64,000 nucleotides of DNA from Penicillus capitatus (Eukaryota > Plantae > Chlorophyta). The stretch lies in the NCBI GenBank assembly GCA_965649825.1, contig OZ287708.1:639411-703410 (forward strand). Direction: 5' to 3'. Shown here piece after piece: positions 11,928 to 24,600 of this stretch. Both the position numbers and the translations under genes were made by a program. The notes below the pieces were generated by a model. It did no database searches and was not told the DNA's origin. It saw only the letters and a list, made by a program, of their open reading frames with translations. The stretch's first letter is position 1. Each line of letters starts with the position of its first letter.

Positions 11928-14068
11928 ATGGCGGACACGTGTTACGATTTGGATGTACCTCTCGCGAGACGCGCGAAACGACGCGAAAAGCGAAGGAGTG
12001 CGGAGGGAGATATCGTTATTATCGACAACGGCTCGTATGAATTGAGAGCTGGTTTCGGCGGCGGCGATGCGCCCTGTCTACGTTTCCCCAATCAGCTGAT
12101 TCGACCTCGGGCTCGATGGTCGACAGATTTCGAAACGGTGGTGGGTGAGAGTCACTTCAATGTCAAGGGATTCGATTTTGGAAGGGCGGCGGTTCGGAGT
12201 CCCTTCGATGCCAATGTCGTCGTCAATTTCGACACTCAAGAAGCCATTCTCGATTACGCTTTTGATCGATTGGGATTCGAAGGTAAAGAATGAGCAACGG
12301 CGCAATAGAATGTGATGCACATCTCCTCTGTCGGTGTAGAATCGATGGAACGCTGCAGATTGGTCATGACAGAGTGTCTCCTCAATCCAATCTATTGCCG
12401 AAAGACGATGACGCAGTTGCTGTTTGAGGGATACGGCATATCTCATGCAGCATACGTCCCGGATGCATTGGCAGCATTTCATTGCAACCGGCACATCGGT
12501 CGTTGTCCGTCCAATGCTGTGCTCGTGCATTCTGGTCATTCTGCCACACATATTGTGCCGATCGTTGACGGACAGGCTCATCTGCTCTATGCACAGCGAT
12601 CCAAGATCTGTGGTGTGATGGACGCGATCGTGTGTCTGTTTTGTGATCTGAAGGGTTGGGTGTAGGTTCTCAGGCAACGACGCATTTGCAACAACTCTTG
12701 ACGATCCATAATCCTCAATGTGCTGCATCGGTCAACAAACATGTGGTGGAATTGCTTAAGGAGCAATGCACGTTCTGTTCGCTAGACTATGTGCGTGATG
12801 TGACAGTTGCTGGAGATTGGAAGTCATCCAGAGGCCTGGGATTAAAAGTCCTATTGCCAAAGAGCATCGCTGGCGCTGGCAGTGTCCAAGAGAGTTCTGC
12901 CAACAGAGATGTTGACAAAGCAATGAAGGCAGAAGAGCAGCGCATGCGATTGAAAGCTATGTCTCTCAAGAGAAAACAAAAGATGATTCAGGAAAAAGAA
13001 GAACTACTCATCTATCTCCGAGACATCGAACAGCAGGTTTCTGTCATTCGATGCAGCAGAGCAGCTCAATGGATGGTCTTTGGATGATCTTAGATTTCTA
13101 TAGCACAGGACCCGGATGTCATCAGTGAGTTGTTGGAAGATGCAGAAGTGAGCAGCAAAGAAGGATTACAGAAGTGCATTGACACGACTGTGGTATCTCT
13201 GCAAAAACTAAAACAGCCTGAGTCGGTCGCAGCTCCAGCCTCCACACAGAGCATATCCAATCCGCCGCCAGCTGAAGATATCGATGTGCTCAGGGAACGA
13301 TATCGAGCGATTCGAGAACGACTCGATCATCGAAAACGCAGTCGCTTGAGCCAAGAAGGCATATCTGGGGCATCTTCAAAACGCATTTCGTCTGCCCAGC
13401 GCCGACGCATGAAACTCGTGGCTGAGGCTGCTGCTCAGGAAGACGAGGATGATTTTGGCGCAGATGACAGGGACTGGGATGTCTACAAAGAGATGGACAC
13501 AGCTGCTTGCTCTGTGGCCGAACTCAACCGACAGGACGAAGCAGAACTGAAAGAGCTTCGTGAAAAGCTGCAGCAGTGTGGTGAGGACATGGAAGAAATG
13601 CCCTCCGTCGAAATCGGGCCTCCGCAGCTCATGGGGCAGCTGGATGAAAACCATGTGTACCTCTCTGTGGAGCGTCTGCGCGTTGCGGAGTTGCTGTTTC
13701 AGCCAAGTCTGATGGGCATCGATCAGGCTGGAGTTCCAGAAATCGTGTCGCGTGTCTTAAAGAGTCTTCCGCCGGAAGTGGTCTCGCAAGTGGACGAGAC
13801 CCTCTTGCTTTGTGGAGGGAATGCTGCTTATAAAGGCCTCGATGCGCGACTTGCAGCAGAAATGTGTTCTCTGAGACCATTCGGTCGTCCGATGAACGTC
13901 ATCACAGCAGACGATTTCTTCTTGGACACCTGGAAGGGGGCAGCGCAGTTTGCAACATCAGACATGGCCATGCAGTCGAACATCTCTCGGGCAGAGTATC
14001 AAGAAGTGGGAGCCGGAATCGTAGAAAGAAAACGCATTCCCTTTGTCTATTACGCTTCAGATCCTTAG
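11928..14068 (+). CDS. ARP5: Actin-related protein 5 (INO80 complex), multi-exon
   Basis: IIIDNGSYELRAGF, SPFDANVVVNFDTQEAILDYAFDRLG, EDDFGADDRDWDVY, VERLRVAELLFQPSLMGIDQAG, LDTWKGAAQFA. Confidence 0.92.
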
Positions 14069-14216
14069 GCTTAGAGCTAGATCACTGCCCCTCTGCTAAG
14101 CTGCATTTGATGTGACTCTCGAACAACAACGGATTGGAGGGTTGGAAAACGATCGATCGTTTGAATGGAATGCTGTCGATTGAAATGTGTACAAAACGCG
14201 ATGCTGTGCACCTCGT

Positions 14217-14403
14217 CCAGGACCCGGTCGATCATCGGCGAAAGATGACTCATCAAACGTCATCTCCTTTTCCAGAAAGCGATAGGTCCAGGACCCGGTC
14301 GATCATCGGCGAAAGATGAGTCATCAAACGTCATCTCCTTTTCCAGAAAGCGATAGGTCCAGGACCCGGTCGATCATCGGCGAAAGATGACTCATCAAAC
14401 GTC
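14217..14403 (+). repeat. 71-bp tandem repeat (2.6 copies) ending 12 nt before the carboxypeptidase ATG; each unit carries GATGA[C/G]TCATC
   Basis: Units start at 14217, 14288 and 14359. They are identical except for the central base of the palindrome (14249 C, 14320 G, 14391 C). Confidence 0.95.
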
Positions 14404-14415
14404 TTCTGCGTAGAG

Positions 14416-16155
14416 ATGGAGTTCGCCGTGAAACGGATACTGTGGTTATCGACTTGCTTCTTCTCCTTCGGTGCTGCGACGTCGAATAACTGGCCATTGG
14501 CAGAACCTGACTATTCTGTCTATCACCGACAGTGTGCCTTTGAGCATTCAGTGTCCTTTCTGTCTTGACGCTTTCGATCTCAGAAATGCGCTTCAGCAAT
14601 CGGTGAAAGAGATTGTGGACCGGCATCCAACGTTCATGAAGGCAGAACATCGCAAGCATCCTTTGTCGAGTTCTGAATGTTTCGCCGCATAGATGGAGAA
14701 CATGGATAAGACAGCTGGAAATTACTCTGTCTCTTTGCCTGTCTGTGTGTCCCATTGCAATGCAAATACACTGAAGTCCTATCTTTCTTCTTTTTCCTTC
14801 AGGTGGTCACCGTGCAGCCAGGTGGTTGGACAATGAGCGAAGAGAACAAGCTTCGAATTCTGATGGTCCATCGCAGCCATCTCGATGTTAATCGCTGAGT
14901 TGCGATCTGCTGTTAGTCTTTTGGACAACATGGAAGGGAATTCATCTCAACGGAGTTGGGACTTAAGTTACTTCAGTGCTTCGATGGCGCATCTCAGATG
15001 AGGACGTGCATTCGAAATACCACACAGTACGACATCGTCCAGTCCATTCTAGAGCGCAGCATTTTCAAGGCCAGGAAGATACAGTTCGATAACAAGGGAT
15101 GGAAACGGTTTCGTTCTTAGATCATTCCCATCGAAAACCCGAGAGGACGTGAAAGGGTGGAGAATGGTGAACTGTGTGAGCGAAAAAACGGCCGCGGTGT
15201 GGATATCAATCGGAATTGGGACATAGATTGGGGCGTGAAAGAAAAAGACTATGATCCAAGTGAAGAGTATGGTGGCGAATTTGCTTTCAGGTTGTCGCAC
15301 TGACTGTTTGTCTACTCCTATATCGATGCTGGTCGATTTAGTGAACCAGAGACGATGTTGTTGAGAGACTTGGCCAGTGGATTTGCTCCTCATGTATGGG
15401 TGTCCGTCCATTCAGGAATGTGTGCGATTTTCATGCCGTACGATCGAATCGGCGAAATGCCGACAGGACCATCCGCCGAAGCACAGTTCGAAATCCTACG
15501 GATTATGAAAACGGAGAATCTGCTTGACGAATGTGAATATGGACCAGGAGGAAAGACAGTTGGCTATGTTGCCCATGGCACTGCCACGGATTACATGTAC
15601 TCCGTCCTTAATATTCCCCTGGCCTTTACATGGGAGATTTATGGCGACACAACGGCTCAGTATGAAGACTGCTTTAGAATGTTTAATCCGCTGACAGTGG
15701 AAAAACTTCGGGTGGATCTCTGCAGTAGAATTACCATCTGTGCTGACCGGATAGAGTTTCTAGATTACACTTTCCATGTGGATTGCAGCGATCTTCAAAT
15801 TCATTCAGCTGCTTCCAGATCATCCAGATATACAGAGGCATTTTGATCGCATGGATACGGATCCACCACTAAAGTGATGTCCTTCAATAAAGAGAATAAA
15901 GAATTCGATGACTGATGTGATTTGTCGATTGGCAGAATGGAAATTGCAGAGGTCGAGAAAGAGAATGAAATGCAGGCAGCTTCGCATACAGTGATCGAGT
16001 CTTCCTTCCGAACGATGCACCGAGAGAAGTCTTTTAAAATTGACATTATGCCTCTGCTAATGGGATTGACGCCGCTAATTCTGGGAATGGTCGTTGTGCT
16101 GCGTCTGTTTGCTGCACGTCCTAGATTTCATCGAAATAGAAGCAATCCGGCATGA
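14416..16155 (+). CDS. M14 zinc carboxypeptidase with signal peptide and C-terminal transmembrane helix, multi-exon
   Basis: N-terminal signal-like MEFAVKRILWLSTCFFSFGAA; Zn motif GQHGRE; NGRGVDINRNW; SEPET; SVHSG; GTATDYMY; WEIYGD; hydrophobic C-tail. Confidence 0.88.
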
Positions 16156-16224
16156 TCGCTAAACGAAGACGAAGGCCACTTTCTGTTCGAACTCCTGTGT
16201 GCATCATCTACCAAAAAGCATCAG

Positions 16225-16470
16225 ATCAGAAGAAAAGAATGTGTCGCAATCTGTAAAAGAAGGCGACAGCGAAAAGACGATATTGAGAATTATTGAATAG
16301 CACGTAATCGAAACTCGTTAGGCGATTAAACAATCAAAGACGCCTGATTAATAAGTAACCGATTAATCGAAATTTCGAACCTATCAATAGCAATCGGGAC
16401 GATCAGCAGCGATCGATCGATTCGAGACCTCATCAGCAGCGATCGATCGATTCGAGACCTGAGATAAATC
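16225..16470 (-). repeat. Dispersed ATCGAT-rich repeat, copy B, with internal 30-bp tandem duplication (16402-16431 / 16432-16461)
   Basis: Reverse complement of 16434-16460 matches 20580-20606 at 24/27 nt. Reverse complement of 16271-16312 matches 2547-2588 at 35/42 nt. Confidence 0.8.
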
Positions 16471-16858
16471 AGCGCTGAAGTGTTTGTAACAAAAATACAT
16501 AACATACATACTCTCCGTGTCGATATCGCTGCTTTGCGACGAACTTTCGTCTCTAAACTCAACATCGTCTTGAAAAACTTTCTGTTTATGCGTTTTGTCG
16601 GAAGATGTGATCCGGTCACATGATTTCATGTCAGGATGCCTGAGCAAAGTGCAACATCAATTTCATTTTCACATATCCAGTTAATCAGTCAGTCCGCCGC
16701 AAGAGTCACTATCGATACAGACTTCGCTTGTGTTGTTCGCAACGTCGTCAACCATTGTTTTACCACGAGGGAATAAGCATCATCACATAGCAAAAAAACC
16801 GTCAAAGCAAGTCCCATCTTGAAGAAGTGCATGGTTGAAGACAATCAACCACATCATA

Positions 16859-19800
16859 TTAGTCACGGACTCTGGATTCATATGTCCACAGTCTATCCGT
16901 CAGTTCAAAAAACCGATCATCTCTCTCAACGCAGAGACTGAGATCTCTGCAAAACAGTTAACAAAGACATTTTAGAGGTAAAGGCACATCACTTGTGAAA
17001 GTTGATGAAATTCTGAAGCGTGATGTCTTCATGTGAGATTGCCAAAATGATTTCGTTTAAAGCAGCAACTGTCGATTTCGCGCCGGCAATAACCTCTGGA
17101 TGGTTCTCCACTCTGCACTGTCGCATCAAGTCGGCTACGCTCAATACTCCATCATCCGATCTGTCGTTATCATCTGCTCATAGCACATCACTCAATAACC
17201 CTCCATGTCATTTATTACCATGATCTCGACCATTTAGGCGATGGAAGATCTTTGTGACATGGCGTTCTCGATTCTTGAATTCCACGAGGTCTCGTAGAGC
17301 GTCGATCAATGTATAGATATTGATGCAATCTGTCTCGAGCGGGTCGAAAAGCACAAAGATTCGCAGCAGAGAACGAGATTTCAGTGGATGACTCAATGGA
17401 GCCGACGATTGCCGCAGTTCGTCAAAGTCTGCACCAACGTCCATCACTGTTCAAGAGAAAAGAGTGGAGGAAGATACCCAGCATGCCACTGCCTCCTGAG
17501 CATTTCTTCAGCTGAGCCACGAATCGAACCATCCCGAATTCCCCATTCTGTCGAACTCTGTCAACGATTTCGAACATCTGTTCGCGTTCTTCGGGAGTAT
17601 TGGAAAAATCAGCTGTTTCCAGTCGTATCCTGGAGCTCAGTTCCTCGCCTGGCAAAGCATCCACAATATCTGTTATTTGTAAATAGCGAGTGAACGATTC
17701 ACTGGTCGTGTCTGTCTGAAGGAATCTCTCGACGCGGTGTGAGCGTTGCAGGGCAAAGTTTCCAGTCACCACATTTTCCACCAACTGACGAAAACTGCCG
17801 TCAAACACTTGTGCCTGCAATCTTTACTGTTTTCGCAGAAAATGGGATGTTTGATGGTACGCGTTCAATCATGCTTCGTAGCTGTACTGCTTGCGCTCGA
17901 CTCATCTTACAACCGAACGATGCTTCGACCTTCTTCTCCAGACCTTCCGTCCTTAATCCCATGCCGAAACTTTTCATCAGACGTTGTCTGTTGGATGCAG
18001 GATTACGAAGTGCATTTGCATGGATTGTAATCGCCATACCTGTAACCTTCTGTCAAGGCATCCCTCAATTGCGGGTCCAGTTCAAACACTGGTACCAAGT
18101 CTTTACTATTGAGCTTCCACAAGGTGCATGATGTGAAAGTTCTCAGTGTCACCGGATAACGTCTACAGGCACAAGCTGTTACAAAGTCATTACAAAACAA
18201 AAAGAATCGCACGAGAGATGAGGAATGATGTGAGAGAGAACTCCGGCTTCAGCACAGGTCTCGGGACCCTGGATGGAATAGGCAATCACTTCATTGAACA
18301 GCACAGACATCTGTCCTCGTTCTAGAATGTACAAAGCGTTCGCCTCATCACCTTGTTTAACCAACTCGTGACCTTGATGCATTCTCACAGAGTGAAACTG
18401 TATCCATAAGACAGGGATTACCAGGAGGAAGGGCAACGGGAACAAGGCGTCCGGCCACCAGTCTCAAGGTAGCGCGGTTGATGCCCGAGAAGACTTTTAG
18501 TTGCCGCATCAGGGTTCTGAGAGCAAGAAACGGGTCAGCTGGCATTTCACCGTGTTAGCACGTTTCTCACTTGGTGACCTTGTAGATCACTTCTGTTCTT
18601 AGAGATATCGGCAACTCTTCAAGAATCTCTTCTTCATCGAAATCGTTCGACTGCCTTTCGATTTCACTGTAGTATGACTAGAGAACATTCGTTTGTCTAT
18701 GTTAGCGGGTGATGGGTTCACACATTGATTTTTTTGACAATAGGATGCTCAAGCTTTCTGTACTTCATCCATCGACTGATCATTTGCTTCTTTTTCTTCG
18801 TTTCTTCTTTGAACTGAAGCGACTTTAGCCCACTCTTTACCAGCTCAGAAATAGAACCAACCAGCAGACCAAACAGCATGATGTGCGACAGCATGACAAA
18901 AATGAGTACAATCATTTCCGAGAAAGAATTCGGAGTGATGTCTCCATATCCTACAGTTGTCACCTGCATCAACGAAACATATCGCATGCTGATCGTTCGC
19001 AGAGTAGAAGCTCTACTGTAGTGACTGCCCAGTAAAGGCTTGTGAGATAGAGTTCGGGTTGTGTATGGTTGGCAATGAGATCCAGCACATATTGATGTGT
19101 ATCCAAGACATCGGCTGGAATCTCCTGTGTTGCTGAGATGTATTTATAGACCCATGTACCGCCAAGATCTTCACTTTCCCAGTCAGCAATGTAAAAGAGT
19201 AAACAGCCCAGGAAGTTCATCATCACCAGCATCGAGTAGATGACGCTGAGTAGATAGACGAGTCCACTTGGCAACTTGAAGCCCCAGATGGAGGAAGAAC
19301 TCCCGACAAACGAACTTCCATAGATCCTCTAGTAGCATCACCACTTCTTTTCTGTAGTAAAGAACGATCTCTACTTTTAGGATTCTGTAGATTCTCAATA
19401 GACGAAAGAGGCGCAGGACTGCCACATCATCTGATTGGTTGCCAAAACCGAGGAATATTAACATGTAGATCTACAGCGCAGCAGCAAGGTGACAGCTGAT
19501 GAAACAACTGACTGGTCTCTACTTCGTAGAAGAATGGTGTGACAGAAAGGACATCGATCCATGCACCACCCCACTTCAGATAATAGCAGAGAATATGTTT
19601 TCCATCCATGACCACTTTCTTCTTATAGTCGTAGTGCGCCACAAACCCAACATGGAGATTTACGAAGATGTCGAACAAAATGATGCCGCCTGTGTGATCG
19701 TGATACCGAGCGTGGAGGAGATGGCTGGAGCAATACCAAAGAGAAGTTCAATGGTCGTCGTGATATCCTTCATATCATCACCAGCGCGGCCGGCAAATGC

Positions 19801-20467
19801 AACAATGATAGGAACAAGAAACGCAGTATAGGAAGCATCGATCGCGTTGATCAACTTCGTCCAGTATCGATATTGATCGCTGTAGGGACTGAGAACAGGC
19901 AATCCCACAACAGATTTGTGCCTGAACCAGCACTTGATTGTCTTGCCAACAAAAGTGTGTTCTCTACTGTGGCATCGAGGGATGTGGATCGTGATTGGCG
20001 TCATGTTTATCGATGTGCTTATCGTTGTAGTAGTCATTGTCATCGTAGGCTTCAAAGAAATTCGTAAACACTCCCGAAGCGCGACGCCCCAACGACGCCT
20101 TAAGAAAGAGTTCGAAACTCTGTCGATTGGGTTCTGCTGTTCGCGATATGTTGGAATGCCGTGGTTCGTATTCGTGGAATTCAAAAGGGACCCCCGGGCC
20201 AGGAAACCGAGAGTTGCGGTGACCTTCTGGCATCGCGTCAACTTCGACGTGGCATTCTGCCTCGCTTACATTCTGGACGACGCCCTCCGTATTGCTCATG
20301 TTGGTGCGACGCACAATATCGGCGAAACTGGAACAAAGGCACGAAGTGCAACAATGATGTATTCGATGTGACGTCTTTGACGAAGCGTCTACTGAATGGT
20401 GCCCTAGTGATCTGTTTTCCCTGTTTGTTACCCTCAGATGGTATTTTCTCAACGTCGTAAGTTTCAT
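16859..20467 (-). CDS. Voltage-gated, cyclic nucleotide-binding-domain K+ channel with C-terminal EF-hand-like motifs, multi-exon; 3' end approximate
   Basis: S4 LRLFRLLRIYRILK; pore LYWAVTT...TTVGYGDITP; CNBD (LVKQGDEANALYILERG); C-terminal FDPLETDCINIYTL and DRSDDGVLSVADL. Confidence 0.85.
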
Positions 20468-20564
20468 GGACAATAACCCTTTGTCGAAAAGTGGCGACGT
20501 TGTAAAGATTAGTACATACTTAGTAACAAGCGACACACGTGATCTTTGATGTCAAAAACATCGA

Positions 20565-21055
20565 CATTGATTTCTCTTCAAGTCTCGAATAGATCGATCG
20601 ATGCTGGTAGACGTCCGGCAAATCGATCGCTATTGATTGACATCGATCGTGGTCTACTCAATTCATCGATATTGCTTCACCGACAGGAGGACTATCGACA
20701 AGGCATTACGACAGTCAATTTGTCGATGATCGAGCGAACGACTACTGATTGTCGTGTCACGCTTCGGTCTATACCACCACGTCAACTCCGATTAATCGAT
20801 TGTAAGAAAACGAGATCGAATCACAGATTTAGAATTGCCGATCATGTTTCTATCGAACTGATCGACACAACACGTTCGACGAGTTACTGTTCAACAATTC
20901 ACTATCGATTTCGATCTGTTCGATCGATTTCGATTAATCGAGCTATCGATTGAATCGTGCCTTCTGAATTGTTCAATCGTCTGACGATTTCGATTTTGCG
21001 CGTTTGAATGATTCTCAATACCACAGATTTGCAACGGCACTATTTCATTCTCTCA
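20565..21055 (+). repeat. Dispersed ATCGAT-rich repeat, copy C (longest)
   Basis: Collinear with the reverse complement of copy B at both ends (20565-20640 and 20915-21055), with ~280 extra ATCGAT-rich bp inside. Shares the TTCGATT...ATTCTCAATA core with copy A. Confidence 0.8.
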
Positions 21056-21123
21056 GCTCGGCGCTCTGCTAACTCGTGTTTCTGACATGGCCGTCCTGTT
21101 TGATTGGCTGTTACGTCTATCGA

Positions 21124-21588
21124 TCAGCTATCCACCTCCGTCAATCCCGGAAATGGTGCGTAACGATATGATTTGTTCATGATGTATCGCACAATGTGGG
21201 AATTGTTGAGATCTCGATCACATTTGGTCGTTTGTTCTTTGCAAACGCGGCATGGCTGTCGATTCCCAAAACACGGATCTTTGTGTCGAGGCTGAAAAAA
21301 TCGAACTAGTACTCCTTGCTTTCCATCCATTGATATCGATTCGGCTACTTGTTAGGCGCGATCTGACGAGATCTCAATTGACAAGACGCATCGATGAGAG
21401 GATTTGTGAAAATCCGAAAGACAATGCTTTCGACTGACGACATTCTGCACACAAGCGTCGTTGTCATGAGCATTGACTTTTGAATGTCGTCGCTGGTTCG
21501 GTAACACATAGCCACATGAAACTAAAACGTGGAAGAACAGGATAGCCGAGGGGGAGAAAACGCAATAAAAAACCAACAATTTGGCCAT
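21124..21588 (-). CDS. Possible small Cys-containing protein with a hydrophobic N-terminus
   Basis: ORFs 21352-21600 and 21124-21330 join in frame only through a 45-nt GC-AG intron (21345-21389). No family recognised. Confidence 0.3.
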
Positions 21589-21618
21589 GGGTAAATGCAC
21601 TAGGAAACGAACACATAT

Positions 21619-24600
21619 CTACTCTGAGATCGGCATGATACAAGGCTGAAGTTGATGATAGGAATGATCAAAACGCTTTGCAAATTCCAAAAGGCATTTC
21701 AGGTGCTGTTTGGGATTGTTGCCATTCATTTCTCCAAGCCATTGGACTGCTGCACTCAATTGCTGCTCAACCACGCTTTCTTCTTGCTTCAAAAAACTCC
21801 GAGCCCCGCCTGCTTCCATAAGAAACTGATGACTTTTCACGAGGAATGCCCGTTGCTCATCGATGAAGTTCTCACAATGACGGATCTTGATTTCTGGCAC
21901 CATCAAGGACTCGACGGCCGTCCATTGTTTCCCCGACATACTGCGGAACTCCCTTTCCAAAAGATCAAAGCCTTTGTCCACTTCAGACAACAAATCAGAA
22001 ACGCCGTCTTCCATAAAACACACTGCATCCGACAGGCACTCCAGTTCCATGAGCAGGTAGTCGGTGGTTGAGATGATGCCCCCTGTGGCCACATCTTTAT
22101 CTCGGATGATCATCGCCATAAAATCCAACAGCGTTGTGATCTTCTCTTCCACTCTTGGCCCTTCCAGTGCTTGAGATATAGCTGTCGGAACACTTCCGGC
22201 ACGCTTGAGTGGCTCAGTTTCTACAGCGCTGCTCTGAGAAGAAGCCTTGCTACTTACGCGTGTGTCCCATAATCGAGAGAGGGATTCAATCTTTATACCC
22301 CCAGCATTTCCTCGCGATGTTCCTCTGTTCATGGTGTTACCCACCTCAAAAGAGAATTCTGTCAGAACAGGGAACCGTGTGGAACATGTGGCTTACCGAG
22401 AGAACAGTAGCAAGCACCGATTGAAGTCTCTTGCTTTCACGGATCTGATGACAGGCAGTCTTGATTGTCTGTAACATATCAATCGCTTCTGAATAATTCC
22501 TCTCCCATGTTCGAATCGCTAGTTGGCAAGCAGCTTTGACGCGCAAGCGAGGAACGACGGTCATAGCGACCAAGATCTTTTCGGGCACAGACAGATCCTT
22601 TTCGTCATGTTCGTTGAGATCACGAATCTCCCCTTCCGTTGGTCCAATCTGAGAACAAAGCATTCTATCAAGAGCCACAGGTCGATCAAGAGATGCACTT
22701 GAGACAGCAGATCAAGCTCTTCGTCTGTCATTCCGTCCCCTGACAATACAGCTCGACAAATCTCATCAATCCCCGTGAAGTGCTTGAATCGCGTCATCAT
22801 GATCGAGACGTTGTTCGCACGTCCCACAGACAAAGCCATTGTCGATCCCGATTTCTTAACAGACGGCGTCGTTGTGACGGCCGCGTTCTTTGACTTGAGT
22901 TGGTCGTCATTGCAGAATAAAGTCTCCAGCATATTGAGATATTCGGGTGCTAATTCTCCCTGCGTTAATGAACTCCACACCGTTCCACTCTGTTTCGGGG
23001 TAATATCCCAAAAGAATGACTTGGTCTTCGACACAGGCCGATTCTGAACAACAGATCTCATAGGCTGCTGAATTTCCGACAATGACAGGAATGAACCTTG
23101 AGCGAGGGAGACGGTGTGAGAGAAATGGAAGAAGAACGTCGCGCTTTGGATCGAGGTGGCGGCGGAGGCGGCGGTGGAGCAGGTACACGACTAACAGCTT
23201 TCTTTTTAGGTCTCTCCTTCTCAGCCTTTTCAGCAGGAACAGAAGTGGACGCTTCTTTATCCTTTTCTGTCTCAGCTACAGTCACACACCTGCGATTCAG
23301 AGATGCATTGCGTGTTGTCTGCCTCACTATTGCGATGATCAGAGAGAACAGGCCTCGTCGTAGTGGTACTGCCTTCTGAGGCAAATGGTGTCGCAGGAGT
23401 TTTAGTTGTCACGATTTCCTTTTCTTTTTTAATTGGTTCCATGGCCTGGACTGGAGGAATCTCTGTCTCCGCTTTTCTTTCTACTTCTTGTGACAAGCGC
23501 TCTGGCAACTGGGATGGTAATCGTCTTGAGGGCACTTCTGTCTTCTGGAGACTTTCGACGGTTGCGTAGATAGATGGCAGCAACCCCCCTGTCTGTGCCA
23601 GCCACTTATTCTTGTAGTCACTGAAACTCATACTCGGTACTTCTCTGTATATGCTCACAGTTGTATAACCAGAGTTTGCATGAGATATCTTACTCTTCTT
23701 CCTCAGAGCTCTCTCCGTATGTGAGAGTGAGCTCCATAGTGACGTTGCAAGCTGGATTATCCAAGACATGTCGCATGTCCATTCCTAAACAGGATAAATC
23801 TCCCGACGAGAGACGAACGATTCCAGCCTCCATAAACGCCGAATGGAAAGAGAAAGCCACAACTGGAGGGTCATTTGTGGATATACAGTCTTTTACAAAC
23901 CAGAGGCCGACCACACAGTCTCCTGTGACGGACACCTCAGGAGACACCTCCACAGCGGAATCCTGCATTTCACCGAAACCTCTCACCATTGGGAAGCAGA
24001 CTGCAAAGTGTACTTGGATGGGTACGACCTCTTTCCATTTCAGCTTTCCGCCTTGGTAAATGACAAGAACAGGATGTAACAATGAGTCTTTCCACCTCTC
24101 CGAGAGTAACCGTGTTACTCGGAGGTTTCTAAACAACACCCGTGAGCTTTGCTTAGACAAGGAGTTCTGGTTTACGTTTTGATTTCATCGAGACCTGTTA
24201 TAATGACGTGATCGACAGCCAGTGGCGTGTTCTGTGATGGTGGTGGATTCGGTGTGTAAAGGATGGATAAGAAATACTGTGCGTATCGTTTACGTGCTGG
24301 CCCTCCATAGCTGAAAACAAAACACGATTCTTCGTCGATCGGCATTTCGTGGATCGGGAAAGACCTGTCGATCTTATTCGTATCGATGCCAATACTGTAC
24401 ATCACTTGCGAAACGTCACTATCCGGTTCTTCAGGTGTTGCAAATGCTACAGAGAAGAGCAAATAAACGCCACGATGCGAACAATGATAGCGGCAGCGAT
24501 GCCGATCGGTCACACCTTTGTCGTTAACGTTCCAGTGAGCACCCGATTCCATATGCTGCAGTGAAGAATGATGTAGGGATGAAGTCTTCTCCGAATCGCC

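Noticed and set aside
14217-14403. CRISPR-like array
   Set aside because: The units are contiguous 71-bp direct repeats with no unique spacers, there are no cas genes, and the context is eukaryotic.
16225-21055. Composite or Pack-type transposon carrying the K+ channel between inverted repeats
   Set aside because: The geometry fits, but a third family copy at 2430-2615 and the lack of a target-site duplication favour independent insertions of a dispersed repeat.
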